In this document: positions 7,648-19,002 of the stretch, piece by piece
How positions within the stretch are numbered: the first letter of the stretch is position 1
How the letters are laid out: every line of letters starts with the position of its first letter
NCBI GenBank assembly: GCA_035267785.1
Contig: DATFLL010000050.1
Coordinates: 1,289-65,288 of the forward strand
Length of the DNA stretch: 64,000 bases
DNA from: Gammaproteobacteria bacterium
GTDB lineage: Bacteria > Pseudomonadota > Gammaproteobacteria > DATFLL01
Direction: 5' to 3'
Program-made: the position numbers and the translations under genes
The notes under the pieces: model-generated
Databases searched by the model: none
The model's input: only the letters and a program-made list of their open reading frames with translations
Told to the model about the DNA's origin: nothing

Positions 7648-10600
7648 ATGTCGGATTTGAAGGACAGCACCGAATCTCGCTTGCCTGCAAAGCTAAATCC
7701 ACCGCTTCAGCCCAAAGCGGTCTATCGGCGAAAGCGACTATATCGCCGGATCAAACAGGTCTTGGATTCCGGTGCAGCCCTCTGGGTGCAAGGGCCGGCC
7801 GGTGCGGGCAAGACAACGTTAACGTCGAGTTTCCTGCAGGCCGAGAACCGGCCCACGCTCTGGTATCAGCTCGATTCAGTCGACGGCGAACCGGCGACTT
7901 TGATTCGGCATTTGCGTACGTTGTTCGCCACCGTGGCGGATGCGCAGGTGCTACCGACGTTCGACCCCAGACTAGGGCAGGACCCACTGCGATTCGCCAA
8001 GGAATTCTTCGAGGCGTTTTTCGAACACGTTCCCCTTCAAACCGTCCTCGTGCTCGATGACTATCAAGATGTCGAAGCGGCTGGAAGGGTGGACGCCTTT
8101 ATCGCGGCGGCCCTGAAAGTTCTGCCCAAGGACCGCCATTTGATCGTCTTGAGCCGCGGCGATGTCCCCAGGGCATTGACGCGTGCCCTGGCCGATGGCC
8201 GTCTCGATCGGCTCGGGTGGGATGAGCTGCGCCTGGACGACGAGGAGGCTCGCCACATTGCGCACCTGCGGGTCCCGCGCAAACGCCAGGTCGACATTCC
8301 TGTGTCGAATCTCAATCGCCGGGCGCAGGGCTGGGTGGCGGGCTTCGTGCTGATGGTCCAGCAGGCAGCGGCTGGAGGCGCGTTGGGTGACCCGATAAGC
8401 TCGCCGACACCGGATACGGTCAACGACTATTTTGCCACCGAACTGTTCGACCGCGGCAAGGGCGCCGAGCTGGACTTGCTGATGGCGCTATCGTTTTTTC
8501 CACGGTTTTCCCTCCAGATGGCAAAGGCGATCTCGGACGACCCTCAGGCGGCCAAGGTGGTCGAGGACCTGTACAGGCGCAACTTCTTTCTCACGCGCCA
8601 CGAGTCCGAGTCGGGCCAGATCTATTTTCGACTCCACCCCTTGTTTTCGGATTTTCTCCGTCACGAGGCACAGCGGCGACTGACGGATTCGACACGGCGT
8701 TCGCTGCAGTTGCGTGCCGCACAAATTCTCGCCGCCGATGGCGATACGGGCGATGCGGTACGGCTCTATCAGGCAGCCGGGGAGTGGCCGGCTGCCGAAT
8801 CGCTGATCACCGCCGAGGCGCCGCGACGCTACCAGGTCGGTGAGTTTCGGGTCATTCAACACTGGCTCGCCGGGCTACCTGCGGCGAGGATCGGGTCGAA
8901 TGCGTGGTTGTCGTTATGGCGCGGTGCCTGCGCGGCTGTCACGCGAAGCGCGTCCGGGCGGGCCGATCTGCAACACGCGTATGCGCTCTTTCGCGAAACG
9001 AACGAGCAGCCCGGTGCTCTTCTCGCCTGGTGTATGGTGGTCGAAGGGTACGTTCTCGAATGGGGTGACATGCATCCGCTCGATACCTGGATAGCCGCCT
9101 TCGACGATCTGGAGCCGGTCCTTGCGCAGGTGCCGGCGGCGCTTGGTCAGCGCGCGACGCTGGCGATGTTTTCGGCGATGTCCTACCGCTCTCCGTGGCG
9201 GGGACGATGCGACGAATGGGCAAGTTATTCGGAGGAGGTTTTCACGCAGACGTCGGATCCGGTGATGCGGGCCTTCATGGCCAGCCAGCTGGCGATGTTC
9301 TATGCCTTTTCGCGCGGCGACCTTGGGCGGGCGGCGGTGTTCGTCACTGAGATAAAAGGGCAGGTCGACGAACGGTCGATCAACCCATTGGCCGAAATCG
9401 TATTTCTGGTCCATTACGCCGTCGTCAACTTATGGAACACCGGCGACGTCGACGCCTGCCTGGAAATGGTGCGTAAAGGGATCGAGGTCGCCGAGCGCGC
9501 GGGCGTGATGACGATGAATTTCTTTCTCGCCGCCGTCGGTGCGTGGGCGTCGATTGCCGCGGGCGATTACCTCGAAGCGGAGGGCTATCTCGATCGATTG
9601 AGCCGCACGTTCGATCAGGGGGCCTTGCTCAACCGCTGCGTGTTTCACGATACGTTCGCGATTCTGAATCTGCACCGCGGGAACCTGGAGCTTGCTCGAT
9701 CGCAGGCGGAGATGAGCCTGGAGTTGGCTCGGCGCGGCGGCATGCCGTATGCCGAGTCGGCGTGTCTTCTGACCAATTCGCGGGTGTATAGCCTCGCGGG
9801 CGAGTGGGAGGAAGCCGAGCGCTATCGACGTCTGGCCGCTGAGCTTGCGAATTCGATGGACAATCGCTTCGTGTTCTATCACTTGTTGTGGTTCGAGGCG
9901 GCGGATCGTCTACAGCGCGACGGGGTAGAGGCGGCAATCGACCCGCTGCGCAAGGCGCTGGGTGAGGGTCGGGCGGGGACCTTTTTCGCCAATCTATGGT
10001 TGGAGCGGGATACGTTCTCTCGTTTGTGCCATGTGGCTCTGGCCCACGACCTCGAGACGGACTACGTCCGCCGCCTGATTGCGGGGGCGGGTTTGCCGGC
10101 CCTGGACCCTGGCTGGGCGAACGCGGGTTGGCCGTTTCGTCTGCGAGTGGAGGTCCTGTCTGGGTTGCGTGTGCAGGAGCTCACGGTCGACGGATATCGA
10201 CCCGTGTCGGTGCAAGGGCGCGGGGCGCAGCTGCTCGAGGCATTGGTGTGGTCCGGTGGCCAAGGGGTGAGTCAGGAACGTCTGGCCGATCTCCTCTGGC
10301 CGGACGCCGAGGGCGATGCGGCGCGGCGCAGCTTCGATACGACGCTGCACCGGCTGAGGCGAGCGGTCGGCGACGAGCGGTTGTTGCGCCTGGAAGGCGG
10401 GCGTCTGAGTCTTGACCCGGGTTTGGCGTGGACCGATGCCGGAGCGTTGGAAGCCGCGTGCAAGGATCTCACGCATGCGCTGCACACAGTCGGCGCGCCA
10501 ACGACTGTCGAGGCACTCGGTCGGCGGCTTACGGAAGGCGCGTCCGTCATGGCCGCCAATCACCCGGGCCGCGTCGGGAGCGAGGCCCTGGACGCCGGCC

Positions 10601-10890
10601 TGCGCCGAGAGATGGAGCGGGCCCTCGATCTCGTCGGCCACTATTGGCTCACTCGTGAGAACTGGGAACTTGCCGTCGAGGCGTTCGAGTCGCGTCTGCG
10701 ACTCAATCCCCTCGCGGAAGGGGCTTATCTGGAACTGATGCGGATTCACGTCGGGCGGGGATTCCCGGTGGAGGCCCTTTCCGTCTATGAACGGTGTAAA
10801 GAAAATGTCAAAAACCTGCTCGGGATTGGCCCCGGACCGGAGATAGAGAACCTCTACCGGCGCATGCGTGCCTCTGCGGGCGATGCCTGA
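7648..10890 (+). CDS. P-loop NTPase (MalT/STAND-like) + helical repeats + C-terminal OmpR-type wHTH and BTAD transcriptional regulator
   Basis: Walker A GPAGAGKTT and Walker B VLVLDDYQ. About 550 aa of helical or TPR-like region. wHTH LADLLWPDAEGDAARRSFDTTLHRLRRAVG. BTAD AYLELMRIHVGRGFPVEALSVYERCKENVKNLLGIGPGPEIENLYRRM. Confidence 0.8.
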   Translation: MSDLKDSTESRLPAKLNPPLQPKAVYRRKRLYRRIKQVLDSGAALWVQGPAGAGKTTLTSSFLQAENRPTLWYQLDSVDGEPATLIRHLRTLFATVADAQVLPTFDPRLGQDPLRFAKEFFEAFFEHVPLQTVLVLDDYQDVEAAGRVDAFIAAALKVLPKDRHLIVLSRGDVPRALTRALADGRLDRLGWDELRLDDEEARHIAHLRVPRKRQVDIPVSNLNRRAQGWVAGFVLMVQQAAAGGALGDPISSPTPDTVNDYFATELFDRGKGAELDLLMALSFFPRFSLQMAKAISDDPQAAKVVEDLYRRNFFLTRHESESGQIYFRLHPLFSDFLRHEAQRRLTDSTRRSLQLRAAQILAADGDTGDAVRLYQAAGEWPAAESLITAEAPRRYQVGEFRVIQHWLAGLPAARIGSNAWLSLWRGACAAVTRSASGRADLQHAYALFRETNEQPGALLAWCMVVEGYVLEWGDMHPLDTWIAAFDDLEPVLAQVPAALGQRATLAMFSAMSYRSPWRGRCDEWASYSEEVFTQTSDPVMRAFMASQLAMFYAFSRGDLGRAAVFVTEIKGQVDERSINPLAEIVFLVHYAVVNLWNTGDVDACLEMVRKGIEVAERAGVMTMNFFLAAVGAWASIAAGDYLEAEGYLDRLSRTFDQGALLNRCVFHDTFAILNLHRGNLELARSQAEMSLELARRGGMPYAESACLLTNSRVYSLAGEWEEAERYRRLAAELANSMDNRFVFYHLLWFEAADRLQRDGVEAAIDPLRKALGEGRAGTFFANLWLERDTFSRLCHVALAHDLETDYVRRLIAGAGLPALDPGWANAGWPFRLRVEVLSGLRVQELTVDGYRPVSVQGRGAQLLEALVWSGGQGVSQERLADLLWPDAEGDAARRSFDTTLHRLRRAVGDERLLRLEGGRLSLDPGLAWTDAGALEAACKDLTHALHTVGAPTTVEALGRRLTEGASVMAANHPGRVGSEALDAGLRREMERALDLVGHYWLTRENWELAVEAFESRLRLNPLAEGAYLELMRIHVGRGFPVEALSVYERCKENVKNLLGIGPGPEIENLYRRMRASAGDA

Positions 10891-10942
10891 GGCCACCGCC
10901 CGATTCCATCTTCGCAATTCCCGTCCTCCCCAAAGTTCAGAT

Positions 10943-10972
10943 CTGTAAGCCGGCTGTAAGACCGGCTGTTTC
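10943..10972 (+). promoter_or_regulatory. three direct heptamer repeats (CTGTAAG, CTGTAAG, CTGTTTC) at 11-12 nt spacing
   Basis: Read directly at 10943, 10954 and 10966. They lie between the BTAD regulator stop and the sigma-54 activator start. The helical-turn spacing resembles SARP/OmpR-type direct-repeat sites. Confidence 0.3.
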
Positions 10973-11040
10973 ATTCTTGAAATCAATTCTCGAAGGGCTC
11001 GGCCGAGTCGGCCAATGGGGTCGCAGAAAAGGGGGGTGGG

Positions 11041-12963
<1,923 letters not shown>

Positions 12964-13012
12964 ATGCGCCGCCACTGGCTTTCGAATGGTTGACGGCGTA
13001 AGGAGTACTGCC

Positions 13013-14395
13013 ATGAATTTGATGACAAACAGTATCGATCGTAACGGACGCCGGGGATGGCATGCATATTGGCGCCACGGGCTGACGGTCGCGGGCGTCG
13101 TCGGCGCGGCGATGTTGCTGGGTGTCGCCCGGGCGGGGAACCTCACGGCACCTACGTGGCACCTGCCGAACGGGTTGCGGACTGTGCGGCCGGCGGCCAA
13201 TGGACAACGTGCCGAATCGTTCGCCGGGCGATGGACCAACACGAACCGTGCGACCTCCGGGATTACACGTCTCGTCATCACGCACGCGGGCAGCCATTAC
13301 CGGGTTCATGCCTGGGGCAAGTGTCACCCGCGCGATTGCGATTGGGGAACCGTCACTGCGGTGGCTTACGGTCGCTCGCCGGGTTCACCCGCCCCGGTCA
13401 TGTTGAGCGCGGTGTTCAATCAACGCACCGGCGAGACAACCCTGATCGTCGAGCGCCACGGCGGGAAGCTGACCGCGCGGGTGCTGACGCGATTCAAGGC
13501 CGCCCAGGCACGGGGACGTGCGAATTTCGCGGCATCCTATGGCTTCGCGTACGCAGGGGCCGGCGGTGGCGGGCAGACGGCCGCCGCTGCGCCATCGGGC
13601 GGAGCGTCAACGCCGACGAGCGGCGCGCGGGGACGCTTCCGGGTCGTCATCACAGGGTTCAGTGTCAAACGGGAGACATCCGACGATGCGTTGCAGCGAG
13701 ATGGCAAGGGCGACGAAGTCTATTTATTGACCGGTGTCGCCACGCTGGGCCCCGACGGCAAGCGTCGTGCTGACACGAAGCTGCGTACGCGGATTATGGG
13801 CGACACCAACGGGTGGTCCGGGCGCCTGCGTGCCGGCAGTCGCAGTACTCGGGGCGGGCTCACGACGGGCGATCAGTATCCGAGCTCTAATCCGTGGCAG
13901 TACTCGGGGCGCACCTACAGCGATCGGTTGCCCGAGTTGGTGTGGCAGGGAACATTGCGCCGGGGAGGCGACGGTGTTCTGATCACGCCGTCGATCTGGG
14001 AGTGGGACAGGAGCGGCGATGACCTGGTCAGTCAAGTCGGTCTGTTCCTGACGTCCTTGCCCGACGCGCTCAACCAGTTCACTGTCGACGCTTCGAATTG
14101 GATATTCGGCGACGGTGGCAGCAGCAGCGGTTCGTATAAGGAGTGTTTGACGACCAGACAAAAGCTGGACAGTCATATACTCGGCGTGGCGGAGACGCGA
14201 CCGATTGGAATGAGACGCCTCGGCGATCGTTTCCGGTTCTGTCCGGTATCGCTCGCCTTGAACTACGACAAAGCGGAGCGAGCCGTCCGCACTAGCCAGG
14301 GTTTCGGCCGCGGCGTAGTGGTCCTGGACTATCACGATGCCTCGGAACTGGGCGGGGGCGAGTATCGACTTTATATTAAGGTGTCTAGCTATTAA
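13013..14395 (+). CDS. hypothetical secreted protein (460 aa)
   Basis: AAGGAG lies 7 nt before the ATG at 13013. Signal or anchor VAGVVGAAMLLGVARA. Gly/Ala linker. No recognisable domain. Confidence 0.6.
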   Translation: MNLMTNSIDRNGRRGWHAYWRHGLTVAGVVGAAMLLGVARAGNLTAPTWHLPNGLRTVRPAANGQRAESFAGRWTNTNRATSGITRLVITHAGSHYRVHAWGKCHPRDCDWGTVTAVAYGRSPGSPAPVMLSAVFNQRTGETTLIVERHGGKLTARVLTRFKAAQARGRANFAASYGFAYAGAGGGGQTAAAAPSGGASTPTSGARGRFRVVITGFSVKRETSDDALQRDGKGDEVYLLTGVATLGPDGKRRADTKLRTRIMGDTNGWSGRLRAGSRSTRGGLTTGDQYPSSNPWQYSGRTYSDRLPELVWQGTLRRGGDGVLITPSIWEWDRSGDDLVSQVGLFLTSLPDALNQFTVDASNWIFGDGGSSSGSYKECLTTRQKLDSHILGVAETRPIGMRRLGDRFRFCPVSLALNYDKAERAVRTSQGFGRGVVVLDYHDASELGGGEYRLYIKVSSY

Positions 14396-14412
14396 CTTCG
14401 ATCGCCGCATTA

Positions 14413-14450
14413 AAAAGGCCCCGCCCGCCTCCGCGGGTCGGGCCTTTTGT
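14413..14450 (+). terminator. rho-independent terminator
   Basis: AAAAAGGCCCCGCCCGC-CTCC-GCGGGTCGGGCCTTTTGT. GC stem with two internal mismatches, an A-run before and a T-run after. Starts 18 nt after the stop at 14395. Confidence 0.7.
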
Positions 14451-14665
14451 GTATCTAAATGTAAAATAATCATAAAAACAATATAAACCTATAATAAAAA
14501 TACGTCTTTTGATCTGGAAATCGGCAGCCGGGACGGCTATGGTTTCCTAAATTAGACGTTGGTCAACTCGGGTTGAACCAATGGCCGATAACTATAACCG
14601 CGAGGGATGCGCCGGTTGGTCGTCTGGCACGTCACCGTGCATTCCGCGACGTCGGAGGTGAATGC

Positions 14666-15268
14666 GTGTCAGACAGTACAGTCAGCGATCCGCACTTTTG
14701 GCGAGCCGGTGCCATCAGCACCACGATTATCATGGTCGCCGTCCTCGGTATCCTCACCGTCAACAGCCTGGGCGCCATCGAGGCGGGCGGTTCACACGTC
14801 CCCCCCTATACGGTCATCAACCACAAGATCGGCTACGGGCCGGCTCTGAACCGCGATACCGACGCCCCGACCATAGGCGGCGAGCAGTTGCTGTTCGGGA
14901 AACGGTATACGCCGACGGAGGCGCACGCGCTCATTCGCCGGGGCAAACTGGTCATACAAAGCCGGGCCTGCATGGACTGCCATACCTTTTTCGGCAACGG
15001 TGCCTATTATGCGCCCGATCTGACCAAGGCCTGGCTGGATCCGGAATGGAAGGTCTGGAAGGCTATGACCCAGAGCAAGACGCGCGGCGAGGCCATGAAG
15101 CGCTTTTTGATGCACCCGGAACGCTATCCGACCTGGGCGCGGCGCATGCCGAACCTTCAGTTGAGCGCGCAGGAAGCCGAGGCGGTCGTGGCGTATCTGA
15201 AGTGGATGTCGTCGGTCGATGCCAACGGCTTTCCCGCCCACTTCGGCCATATCGAAAAGAACGATTAG
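14666..15268 (+). CDS. norC: nitric oxide reductase cytochrome c subunit (NorC-like)
   Basis: GTG at 14666 with GGAGG 7 nt upstream. One TM helix, a single heme motif CMDCH, then FFGNGAYYAPDLT as in NorC. The longer ATG at 14573 is also possible. Confidence 0.7.
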   Translation: MSDSTVSDPHFWRAGAISTTIIMVAVLGILTVNSLGAIEAGGSHVPPYTVINHKIGYGPALNRDTDAPTIGGEQLLFGKRYTPTEAHALIRRGKLVIQSRACMDCHTFFGNGAYYAPDLTKAWLDPEWKVWKAMTQSKTRGEAMKRFLMHPERYPTWARRMPNLQLSAQEAEAVVAYLKWMSSVDANGFPAHFGHIEKND

Positions 15269-15280
15269 GGGAGAGGCGTT

Positions 15281-16675
15281 ATGTACGAATCGCAGCGTCT
15301 GGCGCTCAAGTATTTCACGGCCGCCATCGCCCTTTTCGGGGTGATGATCGTCGCGGGTCTGCTCGCGGCCTATTATTACATCGACCCGCAGATTCTCTAC
15401 AACGTCTTCGATTTCAGTACGGCGAAAATTCTGCACATCGACGTCCTGATTATCTGGCTGCTGATGGGGTTCTTCGGCGCGGTCTACTGGTTCCTTCCGG
15501 AGGAGCTGGGGCAGGAGACCGTGGGCCTGGGCGTTGCGAAGGTGGCATTCTATGTGCTGTGTGCCGCGGTGCTGGTCGTGGCGGGTGTATTCATATTCGT
15601 GCAATACGGTACCAGCGACGAATTTTCTCTGTGGTTCATCAATCAGGGGCGAAAATACGTCGAGGCGCCTCGATGGGCGGCCTTGGGTATTACGGCGGTG
15701 GTCCTGGTGTTCATGTACAACGTCATCGGCACCGCACTGAAGGCCAAGAAGATTACGGGCGTCGTGGCAGTGCTGATCGTCGACCTCGTGCCGCTTTTCG
15801 CCCTGTATCTCATTTCACTGCCGGCCATTACGAACATGTCAGTCGATCTGTATTGGTGGTGGTGGCTCGTCCATATGTGGGTGGAGGCCACCTGGGAGGT
15901 GTTGATCGGCTGTATCATGGCTCTGGCGCTGATGCAGTTACTTGGAACCTCGCGCCGCATCGTCGAGACGTGGCTCTATATCGAGGTCGCGCTGGTCCTG
16001 GGCACGGGCATTCTCGGCCTGGGCCATCATTACTTCTGGATAGGGACGCCCAAGTACTGGCTGAGTATCGGCGGGTTGTTTTCAGCCTTCGAGCCCTTGC
16101 CCCTGCTCGGCATGGTCGTGCACGCCGTCTATGATTCCGGCGTGCACCGGATGAAGGCAACCAACCGGCCCGCATTCTACTGGGTCATGGCCGAGGCATT
16201 CGGAAATTTCATCGGGGCCGGCGTCTGGGGATTTATGATGACGCTGCCGCAGATCAATCTGTTCAGCCACGGAACGCAGTGGACTGTATCGCACGGTCAT
16301 TTTGCCTTCTGGGGGGCTTACGGGTGCGGGGTGATCGCCGTGGTGTATCTGGCGCTGCAAAAGAGCCGGTCGGTGTCGTACATGGACGGCACGGCATGGA
16401 AGTGGTCGTTCGCCCTTCTGAACATCGGTTTGGTCGGTATGGCCGGTGCCCTGCTGGTGTCGGGTATGGCGCAGGCCTTCTACGAGCGGGCCATCGGGGG
16501 CTCGACGCTTCAGGCCTTCATTCAGGCCCAGTCCAGTCCCTGGTTCATGCAGGGCATGTATGCACGATTTGGCTTCGGGATACTGTTTGCCGTGGGCTAC
16601 GTGATTCTCGTCTATAACCTGCTGACGGTTGGCCGACGGGAGGCGGTCGGGGCCGCGGTTCCGGCGGCGACATGA
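15281..16675 (+). CDS. norB: nitric oxide reductase large subunit (NorB, cNOR type)
   Basis: 12-TM heme-copper-oxidase fold. HMWVEATWEV (cNOR HxWVExxWE with both Glu), GHHYFWIG, SHGHFAFWGAYG. No oxidase-type HPEVY. Confidence 0.85.
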   Translation: MYESQRLALKYFTAAIALFGVMIVAGLLAAYYYIDPQILYNVFDFSTAKILHIDVLIIWLLMGFFGAVYWFLPEELGQETVGLGVAKVAFYVLCAAVLVVAGVFIFVQYGTSDEFSLWFINQGRKYVEAPRWAALGITAVVLVFMYNVIGTALKAKKITGVVAVLIVDLVPLFALYLISLPAITNMSVDLYWWWWLVHMWVEATWEVLIGCIMALALMQLLGTSRRIVETWLYIEVALVLGTGILGLGHHYFWIGTPKYWLSIGGLFSAFEPLPLLGMVVHAVYDSGVHRMKATNRPAFYWVMAEAFGNFIGAGVWGFMMTLPQINLFSHGTQWTVSHGHFAFWGAYGCGVIAVVYLALQKSRSVSYMDGTAWKWSFALLNIGLVGMAGALLVSGMAQAFYERAIGGSTLQAFIQAQSSPWFMQGMYARFGFGILFAVGYVILVYNLLTVGRREAVGAAVPAAT

Positions 16676-16977
16676 GTTCGGTCGAGTTGCTCAAGACGGC
16701 CGGACTGCTCGGCGTCCTCGTGTTGTTCGGCGGTGGCTACGGCGTACTGTACGCCGTGGGCCGCTTGCGCCGCCAGCGTTCCTGGCTGCAGGGCGGCTAT
16801 GCCTGTTACGCGGTGCAGGTTCTGATCGCCGGCGTTTTGGTCGTCACCAGCCCACTGGCCGTGGGCTGGAAGCTTCTGATCGTGTTCAGCGTTTTCGCGT
16901 ATCTGGCGATTCCGCCGGTCACTTGGCGCTACCTGGAGCGTACCCATCACGAGGAAGGCGAGGTCTATGATTCCTAA
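16672..16977 (+). CDS. small membrane protein (3 TM), translationally coupled to norB
   Basis: ATGA start/stop overlap with norB. Hydrophobic throughout. No family recognised. Confidence 0.5.
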   Translation: MSSVELLKTAGLLGVLVLFGGGYGVLYAVGRLRRQRSWLQGGYACYAVQVLIAGVLVVTSPLAVGWKLLIVFSVFAYLAIPPVTWRYLERTHHEEGEVYDS

Positions 16978-17326
16978 CATCCTCAATGCCCTGTTGGGCA
17001 TCTGGCTAACGTATGCGGCGGTCTTTCTGGTCAATCGCAACGGCGGCATCGACGTACCCTTATTGATCGCCGGCGCGGTGATCGTCGTACTCTCGTTGTG
17101 GGCAAGGCGCTCGGATGTGCTGCGCTGGGTCGCACCGGTCGATGTAGTCTTGGGACTGGTGCTGATGGTGTTCGCGGGGCTGCATCTGACGGGCTGGATC
17201 ACCAAGCTCGCCATGTTCTGGGGCGTCTTTTGGGTCGGCATTGTCGTGGGCGTATTGGCATTGTGGGCCGCCCTTTATCGGCCTGCTGGGATTACCACCG
17301 CTACGGCCCCGTCGGGCGAGGAATAG
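16967..17326 (+). CDS. small membrane protein (4 TM)
   Basis: Overlaps the previous ORF by 11 nt. Four hydrophobic helices. No family recognised. Confidence 0.5.
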   Translation: MIPNILNALLGIWLTYAAVFLVNRNGGIDVPLLIAGAVIVVLSLWARRSDVLRWVAPVDVVLGLVLMVFAGLHLTGWITKLAMFWGVFWVGIVVGVLALWAALYRPAGITTATAPSGEE

Positions 17327-17349
17327 ACAGGTCGAAGCGGGCCCCGGCG

Positions 17350-19002
17350 TCAGGGAACCAGCCAGGTGGCCCGGCCGTCGGCCAACGACACGATATAGCA
17401 GCCCTTGACGGCGGTGCGCTGGCCGGGGGCGAGACTCATGTCGGGGTAGACCGACTTCCACACCACGTTGTCGACCATGTGTTCGACCTTCTCCAGGAAA
17501 TAGTCCCGGTAAAAGTTGCCTCGGATGTGGGACATGACGTCCGTGACGGTCGTGACCGCGAAGAAGGTATTGGCCTGGATGCGCGGCGCTGTGATGGGAA
17601 TGTGTTTGGCTCGCAGCCAGGCGTTGACGCGGCGCAGCCGACGTTGCAGCGATTGTTCCCTTACAAAACGCTGAGCCAGGAAGGTGCGCTCGCGCAGCGA
17701 CGCGGGGAGCGCCGCCGTTCCCTGCGGTTCGAGCATTCCCGACGACAGATACAGGCGACCGGGCAGCAGCGAGGGCGGAAGGCTTGCCAGGGCGGAGACC
17801 TGCGAGGCTGGCAACCAGACCACCAGGGCTTCGGGGGCGCCAGTTCTCAATATCTCTTTCCAGTAGGTCTTGTCCGGCCGCCGTGTCGTTGCCAGGGGGT
17901 GGCCTTCGGATGGCCCCAGGCCCGCTTGTTTTAACGCGTCATCGAACGCGGCTGCCAGCGCGCGACCGTTTTCGGTGTCGGGGTAGAGTTGCACGATGTG
18001 CCGGGCCGTTGAGTCGGCGAGATGGCGCGCAACGGCCGCGGCGTCACCGTAAAGACCGCGTGTGAAATAGACCGTGTAGAAATCCTTTCCCGGATCGGGC
18101 GGCAGCGCGACGTTGGGAAAAAGACACGGCACGGCACGTTGTTCACAGAATGCGTGCACTGGCTGCCACTGCCCCGCGCCCAGACCGCCGACGACGGCGA
18201 AGACCGGCCGTGTACGGTAATGTGCTTCCAGTTGAGCGGACCAGCTGTCCGGCGGTCCCTTGAGCTCCCACACGTGCAGCACCCAGGTGCGATAGGCCTC
18301 ATACGGCCATTCCTTGTGCCAGGGACTGTGGCGCTTTCGCCGCGATTCAAGACGCGTCTGGGCGTTTTTGTCGCGCACGTATGCGCGCAGCACCGCCAGC
18401 ATGGCCTGCTTTTTCGCCGCATCGACAGGTGGGGCGATGATGGTGGCCAGATGCAGTTCGCTGTCCGTCACACCCGGCGAAGGCTCGGTCGAGAGTGTCG
18501 CCAGGTAATCGACGAGCTTTTCCACGTCCGCGGGGCTGAGCGCGTAGCGAGGCATCAGTCGATTGAGTTCGCGCCCCGAGGGGTCGATGCCGTCACGGAT
18601 CGCCCGAATCAGGCTCGCCCGGGTATAGGCCGGACGCTGTGCCTGGCCCAGTGTCCGTTCCCCGCCGAGTTCGGCGCGTCGGCTTTGTTTGGGTGCGAAC
18701 AAGGCGCGACCGTTGATCGGGGGGAACACCGTTCCGCCTTCGCTGGAGCCCAGGCCGCTGCGTCGGTGACATTGTGCACAGGCGAGCTGGTTGGCTGTCA
18801 CGGGCACATCGTGTTCGACCGTCGCCGCCATTAGCCGCCCGGACGGCAAAATGCCGGAACGATACATTTGTTCGCCGGGGCCGATCGCCGGCTTCCCGGA
18901 AGGTCCCGCCGCCGCCGGGTAAGGCATGGCCAGGCTCAACAGCGCCAACGCCGCCGACAGGCCGGCGCGGCGAGTGGCCGCTGCTCCTTTGTACCGCTTC
19001 AT
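17350..19002 (-). CDS. c-type cytochrome domain fused to periplasmic-binding-protein-like domain
   Basis: Signal peptide, heme motif CAQCH, and RPAYT...MPRYALSPADVEKLVDYLATL. The remaining about 400 aa resemble type-1 (LivK-like) solute-binding folds. Confidence 0.65.
   Translation of the reverse strand: MKRYKGAAATRRAGLSAALALLSLAMPYPAAAGPSGKPAIGPGEQMYRSGILPSGRLMAATVEHDVPVTANQLACAQCHRRSGLGSSEGGTVFPPINGRALFAPKQSRRAELGGERTLGQAQRPAYTRASLIRAIRDGIDPSGRELNRLMPRYALSPADVEKLVDYLATLSTEPSPGVTDSELHLATIIAPPVDAAKKQAMLAVLRAYVRDKNAQTRLESRRKRHSPWHKEWPYEAYRTWVLHVWELKGPPDSWSAQLEAHYRTRPVFAVVGGLGAGQWQPVHAFCEQRAVPCLFPNVALPPDPGKDFYTVYFTRGLYGDAAAVARHLADSTARHIVQLYPDTENGRALAAAFDDALKQAGLGPSEGHPLATTRRPDKTYWKEILRTGAPEALVVWLPASQVSALASLPPSLLPGRLYLSSGMLEPQGTAALPASLRERTFLAQRFVREQSLQRRLRRVNAWLRAKHIPITAPRIQANTFFAVTTVTDVMSHIRGNFYRDYFLEKVEHMVDNVVWKSVYPDMSLAPGQRTAVKGCYIVSLADGRATWLVP

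Noticed and set aside
12975-12992. TGGCTTTCGAATGGTTGA as a sigma-54 promoter for the orphan secreted protein gene.
   Set aside because: There is no GC at the -12 position (GT instead) and the -24 half is poor. The gene is more simply co-transcribed with the activator.
14509-14522. TTGAT-CTGG-AAATC as a possible FNR/Dnr box for the nor operon.
   Set aside because: The second half-site does not match ATCAA, so only one half-site is present.
14625-14642. TGGCACG-TCACC-GTGCAT upstream of norC, resembling a sigma-54 promoter.
   Set aside because: The GG-to-GC spacing is 11 nt instead of the strictly conserved 10. Only about 25 nt remain before the proposed start.
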